Positions 37,054-47,366 of a DNA stretch of 56,295 bases are shown here, piece after piece. Both the position numbers and the translations under genes were made by a program. The notes below the pieces were generated by a model. It worked only from the letters and a program-made list of their open reading frames with translations. It ran no database searches and was not told the DNA's origin. Numbering within the stretch: position 1 is the first letter of the stretch; every line of letters begins with the position of its first letter. This stretch comes from a virus (taxonomy: Duplodnaviria > Caudoviricetes), in the IMG/VR virus record IMGVR_UViG_3300020196_000044, positions 1 to 56,295 of that record; one strand, written 5' to 3'.

Positions 37054-40000
37054 ATGTCTTTTGATGTAAAGATTGGATACAATAGAAGAGCCGCATCTAA
37101 AATTGATCAAGTTGTCGTTCTTCAAGATGTTGAGGGACGCGAACTTACTGATGATGCAGGAGCGGAATTAATTACAACTGAGGAAGGATTTCTTTCTTCA
37201 GAATTAACAGCAAGCAAGGCATTATCGGTCGGTTTACCAGTTACTAAAAGAGAAGTCAACAAATTTTTTACTATTCTTTTTGGTGAAAAGTTTGAAGTTA
37301 AAAAAGTTGATACTAGTATTGGTGGAGATCCAAGTGTAAAGGTGATAGCACCAGAAGGTGCATACAAATACATAAGAGTTGGATCTACCATAGAAATTTC
37401 TACTGGAGAACCAATTACCATTAATGGTCAAAATGATGGTAATAGATTTGAATCATTTTTCGTTGATGCAGTAAAAGAAATTCCTTCAAACAGTTCTTCA
37501 AGTGGTAAACTTGAAGTTGTTTATACATTGAACACTGCTCCTACTTATGAAAGAGAAATCACTTATTTGAAAAGAGTTGTTACTAAAGAAAGAAGTGGTA
37601 TTCTGTTAGTTGAGGAACAATTTAGAACAACTAGTGAAGTTAGTACCAGTTTACTTGGAATTGATAGAGCAGAAAAGCAATTAGGATTATTTTCTAATGT
37701 ATCTACCTATGGATTAAATACTGATGATTTTGTTTTTTATCAAGATAATCCAAACACAGGACCAGGAGAGTGGTCAAATAGAATTACTGAATCTGGATTT
37801 AGACATGAACCAGCTACAGTAGAGCATATTAAAAATGAGGGAGCGTTGAGGGTTATATCTTTCCCTGTTCCATACAATTATCCATATCCTCCATTAACTC
37901 AAGATATTGTAGATGGTGTAGATGTTGCAGGTTACTATAGTGAAGAGGGATGGAGAAGATGGCAGAACTGGTTAAGTTTAGGTAAAGGTTTATATGAATA
38001 TTATCGTGCTAAAAGAAATGATCAGCAATTTTCTTCTGAGTTCAATTCAAACTATCAAAGATATGATAGATTTTTAACTAGATTTATTCCTTCTTTAAAT
38101 TTATATGATGATAATACGAATTATAGTGGAGTAAATTATAACAATTCTACCGAAAATTACTACACACGCATATCAGTTTGGACAGATACCTGGCATCAAA
38201 TTGTTGATGGATCAACTCTTAAAGATCCAGTTAATGATAATTACATTTCGTTTTCTTTTTTATCAAGTGAAGGTGGATCTGGTGCATTTATTTTAAGAGG
38301 AACAGGTACTTATATTGATTTGGGTGCTGGATCTGTAGATAATGAATCTGGATTGCCATTACCTGGAAATCCTTTATATGGAAAAATTGTTTTAAATCCA
38401 TATGAAGAAGATTGGAGAAACAGATCTTGGATTTCTGCAGATCCAGGTGGCGCTCCATCTCTTGAAGATTTCAGACCTGGATATGCACCAACTGGTGGGC
38501 AATTTGCTCTACTACAATCCAGACAAGCATTCAGGTATCAACCTGGACGTATCAGCGGATATACCTTTGGGACCAGAGCAATCATGGATAAAACCGAAGG
38601 TGCAAACTATGCTGAATGGGGAATCTTTAATGATTTTGATGAATATGTATTTAGAAGAGAGGGCGCAAACTTCTTCATTATTAGAAGAAGTACAATTAAA
38701 TACGAGCAGGGTAAAGGATCATACTTACAAGAACTTGGATTGACTGATGATAATGGTAACCAAGATACCAACTTTGTAACCTATTATAATAAAGAAATTG
38801 GTGGAAAAATCTATCAGTTCCAACAGATAAAACTTGGTAAAGAGAAGTTTAATGGTGATAGTTTAGATGGTAATGGACCATCTGGATATTTACTGACTAC
38901 TGATCAAATTACCATGTATAAGATTGAATTTGGTTGGTATGGTGCTATTGGTCTTAGATTATATGCATATATTCCTGTTGCTAATGGTGAAGCAAGATGG
39001 GTTGTAATTCATACATTTGTCATTGAAAACAAGTTGAATATCCCATCAATGGGAGATCCATTTTTTAAATTTAAATATGAAATGAGAATTGGTGGGGGGC
39101 AAGCACCTGATCTCACTCAACCACAGGTTCTTTATAAGTATGGTACATCAATGTATATTGATGGTGGAGATGAAGGAACTGTTAGTGTCTATTCTCAAAC
39201 ATGTGATGAGAAGTTGTTACCATCTAATGGTAGTGCAATAACTTTATTTGGTATATACCCAAAAAGTACAATTACAAGTGGAGACGGAACAAAGATTCCA
39301 AATAAAAAAATTATTATTCCAAGACAAATATCTATTACATCAAATGGATTTGCAGAATTGAGTGTTGTTAAATGTACTGCATGTAAAGGAAGTGGATTTT
39401 TATATCTTCCTAATATTACTGCTGGATTAAATGGTGATGTTAGAAAGATGAATAAAGTTGATGGTGTTTCTAATACATTAACTCTCGCACCAATTGAGAT
39501 AAACTTAAAAAATACTATCACTGCTAGTAAGTTAATCACGACAAATGATACAGATATTCAATACTTACGTATCGGTGATTATCTTTTAGATACTGATATA
39601 AATGGAAATATTATTACTGGAGTAACATCATCCAAAATAAAAAATATTTCTTTAGTTGGATCTGATTATGTTATTGAAGTTGATGATAATCAAACAGTTA
39701 GTGGTCCTTCTCCAAAAGTAGTATTTCAACCTAGATTTGTATTAGAATCTGAAAGATTGAGTTTAGGTTTATCTTATTCTGATGAATTTTCTAAAGTCAT
39801 TGCACCTAGAATTTACAATGCTTATCTTGGGAAGACAATAACTGGATCTAAACAAGAAACTATTAATTTACTTCAATATATTCCAAATGATTATCATAAA
39901 TTAGATTATGAAAGAGAATTTGATCCAGAAAAAATTACAGTAAGTAATACTGATTTAACTCCTGCATATTTCTTTGGATCTACTGGAACATTTGACGTTA

Positions 40001-41430
40001 GATTATCACAACTAACCAATGTTGCAGCATCTCCAAATGCAATTAATGGTCCAGAATCAACAATCAATTGGTTAAATACTTATAATTATGAATCTACAGG
40101 TCAAGTTGCAGATTTTGCAATTGGATTTACACCAAACAAACCATTATTTGATGTTGCTGGAGAATTGACTGGGTGGGAAAGACCAGATGGATCGGTTATA
40201 AGTGAATCTTTAAATGGGGTTCAAACTAATGTTACAATATTACCAAAAAGTGAAATGGTGTATCTTGAACAGCATCCATATGGAAAAGATGTTACTCTTG
40301 AAGGATTGGAAGCTGGGGAAAGTTGGTTATCTAGAGTATTACCATTTACTCAAGATTTTAGAATAGGTAGTCCAGCTGGAAGTTATAGTGGTGGATGTGC
40401 AGAAACTCGTCTCGCTAAAAATCCATCAACAGAAGTTGCAGTAGATGAAGTACAATCAACTGATTTGAATTCTATTCCGTTTAATGATTGGCAAGGATTT
40501 AATAATAATAACGAAAGATTGCTATATTTAGCATCTTCCTCATTATTCGTTAGATCTACCACTCCAATTATTTCTGGAACAGGAGATCCTGTCGGTGGAC
40601 AAGTTGGAGTAAGAGTAGGAACTGTATATATTCAAACTTTTTATGACAACAATGGAGTAAGTTATAAAGTTAGATTTACTACTAATCAAAAGAGTTATAA
40701 AACAGTTATTAATGGGCAGCTAACTACAATTTATGTTATTGGTATAAGTAATACATTAAAAAATGCAAAAACTGATAGTGGTCAAGCATTGATTACAACT
40801 AATGATTTTTTACTTGCCTACAATAGTGTAAGATTAAGAGCTCATTTTAGTGGTGATAAGTATGATGTACCAAATTCATATGATGTTGGTCCTGGTAGTG
40901 ATGGTATATTTGAATTTAATGCATTCCCATTATATCCTGTTGTGTTGATGAGAGATGGGACAAGTTTAAATTCTGCACAAGTCACTGATATTGATCCAGT
41001 TGGAAACGTAAAAGCATTTAATCCTCAGTGGAAAGTTAATTATAAGAGTGGTTTACCAAGAATACAATATGATGCTGGTCAAAATAATCAAACTGGTGAA
41101 ATTAATGCTCAGGGAGTGGGAAATAGAACAGAAACTCCACAAGGAGTTGATAGTTTAATACCATCTGCATTTCAACAAGCAGATAGATTATCTTCATCTC
41201 AAATTGATAGACAAGGTGATTCTTTATTGAGACCAGGCAGTACTTTGACGACCCTATATATTAATAACCAGACAAAAACATTTGATTTAACTGATATTTT
41301 TAACTTTGATAGAAAGGTAATTACTCCAGATATCGTGAATACTGAGGCGATATATTTTGTTGGTAAAGTATTAGATAATGCACCAAATGTTACGATACAG
41401 GCAAACATTACTTACGTAGAACAGTTGTAA
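37054..41430 (+). CDS. Giant structural protein B (1458 aa)
   Basis: Same conserved blocks as the upstream gene. Confidence 0.65.
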   Translation: MSFDVKIGYNRRAASKIDQVVVLQDVEGRELTDDAGAELITTEEGFLSSELTASKALSVGLPVTKREVNKFFTILFGEKFEVKKVDTSIGGDPSVKVIAPEGAYKYIRVGSTIEISTGEPITINGQNDGNRFESFFVDAVKEIPSNSSSSGKLEVVYTLNTAPTYEREITYLKRVVTKERSGILLVEEQFRTTSEVSTSLLGIDRAEKQLGLFSNVSTYGLNTDDFVFYQDNPNTGPGEWSNRITESGFRHEPATVEHIKNEGALRVISFPVPYNYPYPPLTQDIVDGVDVAGYYSEEGWRRWQNWLSLGKGLYEYYRAKRNDQQFSSEFNSNYQRYDRFLTRFIPSLNLYDDNTNYSGVNYNNSTENYYTRISVWTDTWHQIVDGSTLKDPVNDNYISFSFLSSEGGSGAFILRGTGTYIDLGAGSVDNESGLPLPGNPLYGKIVLNPYEEDWRNRSWISADPGGAPSLEDFRPGYAPTGGQFALLQSRQAFRYQPGRISGYTFGTRAIMDKTEGANYAEWGIFNDFDEYVFRREGANFFIIRRSTIKYEQGKGSYLQELGLTDDNGNQDTNFVTYYNKEIGGKIYQFQQIKLGKEKFNGDSLDGNGPSGYLLTTDQITMYKIEFGWYGAIGLRLYAYIPVANGEARWVVIHTFVIENKLNIPSMGDPFFKFKYEMRIGGGQAPDLTQPQVLYKYGTSMYIDGGDEGTVSVYSQTCDEKLLPSNGSAITLFGIYPKSTITSGDGTKIPNKKIIIPRQISITSNGFAELSVVKCTACKGSGFLYLPNITAGLNGDVRKMNKVDGVSNTLTLAPIEINLKNTITASKLITTNDTDIQYLRIGDYLLDTDINGNIITGVTSSKIKNISLVGSDYVIEVDDNQTVSGPSPKVVFQPRFVLESERLSLGLSYSDEFSKVIAPRIYNAYLGKTITGSKQETINLLQYIPNDYHKLDYEREFDPEKITVSNTDLTPAYFFGSTGTFDVRLSQLTNVAASPNAINGPESTINWLNTYNYESTGQVADFAIGFTPNKPLFDVAGELTGWERPDGSVISESLNGVQTNVTILPKSEMVYLEQHPYGKDVTLEGLEAGESWLSRVLPFTQDFRIGSPAGSYSGGCAETRLAKNPSTEVAVDEVQSTDLNSIPFNDWQGFNNNNERLLYLASSSLFVRSTTPIISGTGDPVGGQVGVRVGTVYIQTFYDNNGVSYKVRFTTNQKSYKTVINGQLTTIYVIGISNTLKNAKTDSGQALITTNDFLLAYNSVRLRAHFSGDKYDVPNSYDVGPGSDGIFEFNAFPLYPVVLMRDGTSLNSAQVTDIDPVGNVKAFNPQWKVNYKSGLPRIQYDAGQNNQTGEINAQGVGNRTETPQGVDSLIPSAFQQADRLSSSQIDRQGDSLLRPGSTLTTLYINNQTKTFDLTDIFNFDRKVITPDIVNTEAIYFVGKVLDNAPNVTIQANITYVEQL

Positions 41431-41434
41431 TAAG

Positions 41435-44400
41435 ATGGCAATTAGAAATAAAGTTTTATTCGGATTAAAAGTTGATTTTAATTTTTCCGATGCCGAATCA
41501 AAACTAACTGCTCTGTCTAATCTTGGTCTTGATTATAGAGATCTTGAAGTAATTAGAGGAGTATCTGATGAAATATCAGATGTTGATTTACAAAATGTAT
41601 CTGGATTGGATGTAAATATTTACAGATATTTGGACAGATTGCAATCTGATACTTCTTTATATAACGGAATTGTTAATAAAAATTCTGGATATTTTTATTC
41701 AACAAAAGGAAATCTTGAAGCATATGGTCCGCTATCTGGTGGAGCAGTTAGATTTAAATTTATTCCAAATGATAAGGGATCTGGATTAACTCAATCTAGT
41801 TTGAAATTTGGAGATATTTCTACTTCTCGTGTTAGTTCATGGAGTAGTGCCACTTCAGATGAAACTGATTTAGAGCAAGCAATCTCTTATGGAGCATCAG
41901 TTCAATGTAAGGGCACTTTAAAAGTTGGACAAAAGTTGTCGTTTACACCTGCTGCTGGACAGCAACTTATAAACATTAATGATACTCCAGAACCTATTAG
42001 ATTTGCTACTGAAGTTCCAACTGATATGATTGAATTGAATATCAATGGAACTACTCAATTCATTTATGCTATGCGTGGTATACCAATCATTTTTACTACT
42101 GCTTTTAGAAATTTGAGTGCAGATTTTGAGATAATTCCATTTGGTACATTGAGTCCAATTTTTACAATTCAAGCGACAGATTTTAGTGAAGGTGAAATAC
42201 AATCTACACCAACTGTAGCATCAAATATATCTCGTTTGAGATATAATGCACAATCATATAAAGAAAGATTTATTAAATTATATTATCCCCCAGCAAATAT
42301 TAAAGCAATTGCTGCGCCGTCTTTGAATATTAGGTATGTTCCAAAAGTAAAATTATTAAATTTAGAATCAGTTAATTATGGCAATAATTTGATTGGAGAA
42401 ATGCCTGATTGGCAAACTATCACTTACACCTCTATTCCAGCAAATAATTTATTTGCAACTCCAGATTCAAAATTAAAAACAATCAGTATAAACGACAATC
42501 CACTTTATGAATCTCCAGATGAAACTGCGAGAACATTTGGATCAAATACTATTAAAAAATTGCCAAAAACATTGACTTATTTAAACTTTAGTGGAACATA
42601 TTATGGAAGTAGTGAGATATTATCACCTACAAAAACTGCAGTTATTTTTGCTACACTTAATGAATATAATCTTGTTAAAGTAAATAGAACTTCTGTTCAA
42701 ACTTTTACTTTTGATGCAGGAACTTCTCATCAAATTAGTGGAGTATATTATGACAAATATACATTTGATGGAAAATATTATGTGTATGTCGATTCTCCTT
42801 CTGGAGACATTATTACTATGGGAAATGCCAATCCAGCAAAAATATCCAATTTGGATATGTCAACTAGAACACCTGGATTAAGGAATTTTATTAGTAATAG
42901 TTCTTCTGGAAGATATTATTATAATACTGTAGCATCAAAAAATTATTCTCCAGATTGGAAAACAGAAGTTTCTGGTGAATGGACTCCAAAGGTCAATATT
43001 AAAGAAATACAAAATTATAATATTTATAATAATGATTTTAGATATCTATCTGACGTATTTGTAAACCCATCTGCATATCTTTCTGTCAATGAAGTTAGTG
43101 CGTTATCATCATTTAATGTTGCGAGTAATTATTACTTAACTACTTCTGGTGGTAGTATAGATTTTACCAAAATGACCAGCATTAGTAGTATTGCTATTGG
43201 GTCTACTGCATTGCCAATTCCAACTGGATTGCAAAATAAAAGTACGTTGTCTTCAGTTGACTGTACTTACACTAGGTTCCCTTCAAGAAATGTTGCGGCA
43301 AATAAAGATACCTCAACTGGTGATGGTAATTGGAGTAATGCAAACAATCATTTTTTTACTGATAAGAACCCATCAACTTCTGGTCAATATGTATTTCAGA
43401 ACTGCTCCAATTTGACATCATTGAGTTTTTATTCTTCTTATCTTGATGGATTTATACCAAAATTTGTTGGTAATTCAAGTTTAACATCAATTGATTTTAG
43501 ATATACTAACATTGAAGGAGGTAGACCCCCTGGAAATGAAAATCAAGGACAACATGGCAGAAGGTATATCATGTGGGATGATACTTTTGCAGACAGTCAA
43601 TATATAACCACAATACAAATAAGAAGTCAAAATTTGGGAAGAAATATTGGTGTATATAGTTCATTAAATGGTGGAACATTTACTAATGCAGCATTTCAAG
43701 CAAATACTTTTGCACTTCCCCTATTAACTTACTTAGAAATTGTTAGCATTGGTCAATATATTAGGGGACCATTTTTCAATACAGCATCTGCACCATCATT
43801 GAAGTATCTAATATCTCCAAGCACAGGATGGGGTCAGGATTTAACTGGAGGGACCAATTTGCCAACTTTTGCAGGCAATCCAAATATCTATTATGTAGAT
43901 CTTTCAGGCAATAAATTTACTGGTAATGTTCAATTTTCTAATTTACCTAATTTCTATGAGTGTTATATTTCATCAAATAATTTGACAGGTATAACTTCAT
44001 TTACTGGATTGTCAAACTTAGATAAATTTATTGCTGGAAACAATCCAAATTTAACGGGAGCAGTTCCTAATTTTTCTGTAGGTTCTCCAAGAGTTAGATA
44101 TATTTCGCTCAATAACTGTAAATTAAATTCCTATTCTGCAGGAAGATTAAATAATGCTACTAGATTAGTTAGTTTGGATTTTTCAAATAACTTGTTAAGC
44201 ACAAGTAATATTGATCAGATTTTAACTGATTTACTTGCAAACTATAATAATGCTCCAAGATCTGGAGTTCAAATCAATCTACTTGGAAATGCTGCACCAT
44301 CTAGAGTGGTGACAAATGTTCCAACTCAAACAATTGCATCTCAAACTGAAAATAAGACAGTAGCGCATCAACAACCAACTCCAAACTTTGGACCACAGCC

Positions 44401-45025
44401 ACAAAGAACGATTACTTTAACTGGAACACCAGTCAATATTGTTGCAGGTAAATATTTAAAACAAGCATCTACAAATGCATATGCTAAAATTGTTGGTGTT
44501 AGTGGAACAAGTGTAATTTTAAACAATACAGATACTAGTGCAAATACAACTAAATTTACAAATTCAAACACTTTACACGTCGTAGATAGTGCTGGAAATG
44601 CAACTAATTCTTCTAATTTAGTTGTAGATAGTTCTGGAACTAGTTTATTGTTATCTGGAACTGATCCTGGCATAACCAATGATTATATTGTTAGTTACAC
44701 ATCATATGATCCAGATTATTCATTTACATTTTCTGGATCTGGTGCAGGAGATCTTAGAACAGGTACAGTGGGAAATCAAGCATTTACTACTGAAATCTTG
44801 CAAAATCAAGTTGATATTACAAATATTGTAAATATTAATTATGCAACAAATACAATTACATATCCTGGTAACTCAACAGGAAATGTCACTAATTATCCTC
44901 CAAATGGAGCAATATTGACTGCAAAAGTTACTACTACAACTTTCGGTACTAGACAAGAAATTAGTGGTGGCGTGACATTGGTTACTAATTTACAAAGAAA
45001 AGGTTGGATTGTAAGAACAGAGTAA
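41435..45025 (+). CDS. Leucine-rich-repeat-containing protein (1196 aa)
   Basis: Many LxxLxLxxN units, e.g. IYYVDLSGNKFTG, LDKFIAGNNPNLTGAVP, LVSLDFSNNLLS. Confidence 0.75.
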   Translation: MAIRNKVLFGLKVDFNFSDAESKLTALSNLGLDYRDLEVIRGVSDEISDVDLQNVSGLDVNIYRYLDRLQSDTSLYNGIVNKNSGYFYSTKGNLEAYGPLSGGAVRFKFIPNDKGSGLTQSSLKFGDISTSRVSSWSSATSDETDLEQAISYGASVQCKGTLKVGQKLSFTPAAGQQLININDTPEPIRFATEVPTDMIELNINGTTQFIYAMRGIPIIFTTAFRNLSADFEIIPFGTLSPIFTIQATDFSEGEIQSTPTVASNISRLRYNAQSYKERFIKLYYPPANIKAIAAPSLNIRYVPKVKLLNLESVNYGNNLIGEMPDWQTITYTSIPANNLFATPDSKLKTISINDNPLYESPDETARTFGSNTIKKLPKTLTYLNFSGTYYGSSEILSPTKTAVIFATLNEYNLVKVNRTSVQTFTFDAGTSHQISGVYYDKYTFDGKYYVYVDSPSGDIITMGNANPAKISNLDMSTRTPGLRNFISNSSSGRYYYNTVASKNYSPDWKTEVSGEWTPKVNIKEIQNYNIYNNDFRYLSDVFVNPSAYLSVNEVSALSSFNVASNYYLTTSGGSIDFTKMTSISSIAIGSTALPIPTGLQNKSTLSSVDCTYTRFPSRNVAANKDTSTGDGNWSNANNHFFTDKNPSTSGQYVFQNCSNLTSLSFYSSYLDGFIPKFVGNSSLTSIDFRYTNIEGGRPPGNENQGQHGRRYIMWDDTFADSQYITTIQIRSQNLGRNIGVYSSLNGGTFTNAAFQANTFALPLLTYLEIVSIGQYIRGPFFNTASAPSLKYLISPSTGWGQDLTGGTNLPTFAGNPNIYYVDLSGNKFTGNVQFSNLPNFYECYISSNNLTGITSFTGLSNLDKFIAGNNPNLTGAVPNFSVGSPRVRYISLNNCKLNSYSAGRLNNATRLVSLDFSNNLLSTSNIDQILTDLLANYNNAPRSGVQINLLGNAAPSRVVTNVPTQTIASQTENKTVAHQQPTPNFGPQPQRTITLTGTPVNIVAGKYLKQASTNAYAKIVGVSGTSVILNNTDTSANTTKFTNSNTLHVVDSAGNATNSSNLVVDSSGTSLLLSGTDPGITNDYIVSYTSYDPDYSFTFSGSGAGDLRTGTVGNQAFTTEILQNQVDITNIVNINYATNTITYPGNSTGNVTNYPPNGAILTAKVTTTTFGTRQEISGGVTLVTNLQRKGWIVRTE

Positions 45026-45026
45026 A

Positions 45027-47366
45027 ATGGCAAATCAAGGTTTTGTACAAAATTTAAATTTATCAGAAGTTACAAATGGTGCTCAAGTATTTCAAAACTT
45101 GGTTGGTGGCACTATTGATGAAGATCTAAGATTATTTGCTGGTCTTTCATCAGAAAGATCAAAATTATTTTGGGAAAAATTTAGAAGTTCAACTTTTACT
45201 TCAGAATCGTTATCTTTACTGCAAAATGGCAGTAAGTTTAAGTTTAATACTCTGTTTACTTATACTGCTGATGATTATGTTTATGTACAACCAATAAACT
45301 TGATCAAAGATTTTGCATTTCAATATGTGGGGTTTTCTGCAGATGGTGCACTAACACAACCACTTTCTGGAATTGATATTGTATATGATCCTGGAATTGA
45401 TTACACTCCTAATGTAACTTATACTGATGTTCTTCTTGAAGGTGGCAGTGGAACAGGAGCAAAAGCAACAATAATAGTTGGAGCAGAGGGGAAAGTTACC
45501 TCAGTAACTATAACAAATAATGGGAGCAATTATCAACAAAAAGATGTATTGCAATATAGTGCAATGACTGGTGGTAATGGATTTAGCATTACTATTGTTG
45601 GATTTCCATATAGATGTGTTGTTGTTGGTAATTATGCATGGAATCCTGCAGATCTTGATACAAATAATTTATCAATTTCTTTGTTCAATACCACTCCAAA
45701 TCTTAATGGAACATATTCAATTAAGAAACTCAATTCAGGTAAAAACGGATGGTTACAGGACCAATCACCAACATTAGATCAACATGAAATAAATGTGAGA
45801 ATACGTGCAAACACAGTTATAACATCTAATATAAACTTGTTTGATATAGATGGAGATGGAAAATTCACCTCTGCTGATGTAGATTTGATTGAAGCATATT
45901 TTATTAACAATGCAAATGAAACAACATTGAATACAATTGTTACCACTGCAAATATGGGTGGAATTAGAGGCACTGGTTCAAAAGTATTTAATTATTTAAA
46001 GGGAATCGATAAAACCTTATTTGATGTAGATGGAAATGAAGTAATTGATGCTACAGATATTTTATTGATGGATACTTATGTAAGTAATGCTCCAGGAGGA
46101 CAGGCAACAGCATTAAATCCTGGGTCTTGTTATACAAGAAAAACAGCATCTCAATTTATATCTTTGACTGAAACAGATGCTTCCACAGTAGGAAAGCACG
46201 TTATTTCTATAACTTTTAGAGTTGGTAAGAATCCAGGTTATACAATACCAGTGGATTTAAATGCGATTTATGAAAAACCATATTTTATCTTGTATACAGA
46301 TACTGGTAATTACTTTGATATATTCTCAACATTTGGAACTAAGCAAAGAATAACTGTTGAATCGGAAGAGTATATTGCAAGATCAATTGGACAAGATTTT
46401 CAACATGATGGAAAACAATTTATTTTATTTGCAAAGTCAAGTAGTGATAATACTTACTATTTTGATATTATTTGTGATGGGACAGGATTTACTAATTCAA
46501 ATTTACCAGAAAATTATATTAGTGTGCTATCAAGTAAACCTATATTTTCAACTAGTAGTGAGTATGGAGTATTTGATTCAAATGGTGTTGATGAATTTTT
46601 CCTTATCACAAATCCAAGAAGCACCATTGAATCAATTAAAGAATTGATTATTCTTGCTCCAAAAGTACCAATTAGTAGTGCATCATATTCTAGTTTGCCA
46701 ACTAAAACTATGATTCCTGATATGGTATTTTTGAGAGACGATAGTTTAAAAACTGATAACATCAAAAATCTTGAACAACCTACTGTAACTGATGATGGTA
46801 TTGGTAGTGATGTTGGAACTTTTACTTATAATGTTAGCAATTTTAATACAAGTATTGGTACAGTTCAAGATAATGTTGATGAAGCATTATATCTAAGAGG
46901 TAGTAAATATAGAACAAATGCTAATAATTTCTTTGACAAAGATATTAATGTTGAGGGATTATTAACTTCTTATGATCCTGATCAACTAAATTTACTTCAA
47001 ACTGATTTGGTTAAAAGTAATTCCCCAGGAATATACATTTCTAGTTCTTTAGCACAAATTACAAATACATTAGCTGCAGATTATGCTATCAAAACTAGAT
47101 CATTTTCAAGTGATTATAATCCTTGGCAAGCAGATACTTCAAACTTACAATTAAAAACAGAATCTTTGAATGTTACCATTGCAGATTTAGTATTTACTAC
47201 TGAAATATCTTTAAATATTGGTAACAATTCTAGATATGCTGGAACAGCATTAAATCAAACTCTCAATGATAACTTTAATGAAACATTGAGAGCAAACGGA
47301 AAGAGTTTCAAACTCAGAGCAGAAATTAATGGTGAAGAATACTATTTGATGATGAGAAAACCTTAA
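45027..47366 (+). CDS. Structural protein with paired EF-hand/dockerin-like loops (779 aa)
   Basis: FDIDGDGKFTSADV and FDVDGNEVIDATDI; GGSGTGAKA..V.SV.ITN.GS.Y repeat. Confidence 0.65.
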   Translation: MANQGFVQNLNLSEVTNGAQVFQNLVGGTIDEDLRLFAGLSSERSKLFWEKFRSSTFTSESLSLLQNGSKFKFNTLFTYTADDYVYVQPINLIKDFAFQYVGFSADGALTQPLSGIDIVYDPGIDYTPNVTYTDVLLEGGSGTGAKATIIVGAEGKVTSVTITNNGSNYQQKDVLQYSAMTGGNGFSITIVGFPYRCVVVGNYAWNPADLDTNNLSISLFNTTPNLNGTYSIKKLNSGKNGWLQDQSPTLDQHEINVRIRANTVITSNINLFDIDGDGKFTSADVDLIEAYFINNANETTLNTIVTTANMGGIRGTGSKVFNYLKGIDKTLFDVDGNEVIDATDILLMDTYVSNAPGGQATALNPGSCYTRKTASQFISLTETDASTVGKHVISITFRVGKNPGYTIPVDLNAIYEKPYFILYTDTGNYFDIFSTFGTKQRITVESEEYIARSIGQDFQHDGKQFILFAKSSSDNTYYFDIICDGTGFTNSNLPENYISVLSSKPIFSTSSEYGVFDSNGVDEFFLITNPRSTIESIKELIILAPKVPISSASYSSLPTKTMIPDMVFLRDDSLKTDNIKNLEQPTVTDDGIGSDVGTFTYNVSNFNTSIGTVQDNVDEALYLRGSKYRTNANNFFDKDINVEGLLTSYDPDQLNLLQTDLVKSNSPGIYISSSLAQITNTLAADYAIKTRSFSSDYNPWQADTSNLQLKTESLNVTIADLVFTTEISLNIGNNSRYAGTALNQTLNDNFNETLRANGKSFKLRAEINGEEYYLMMRKP

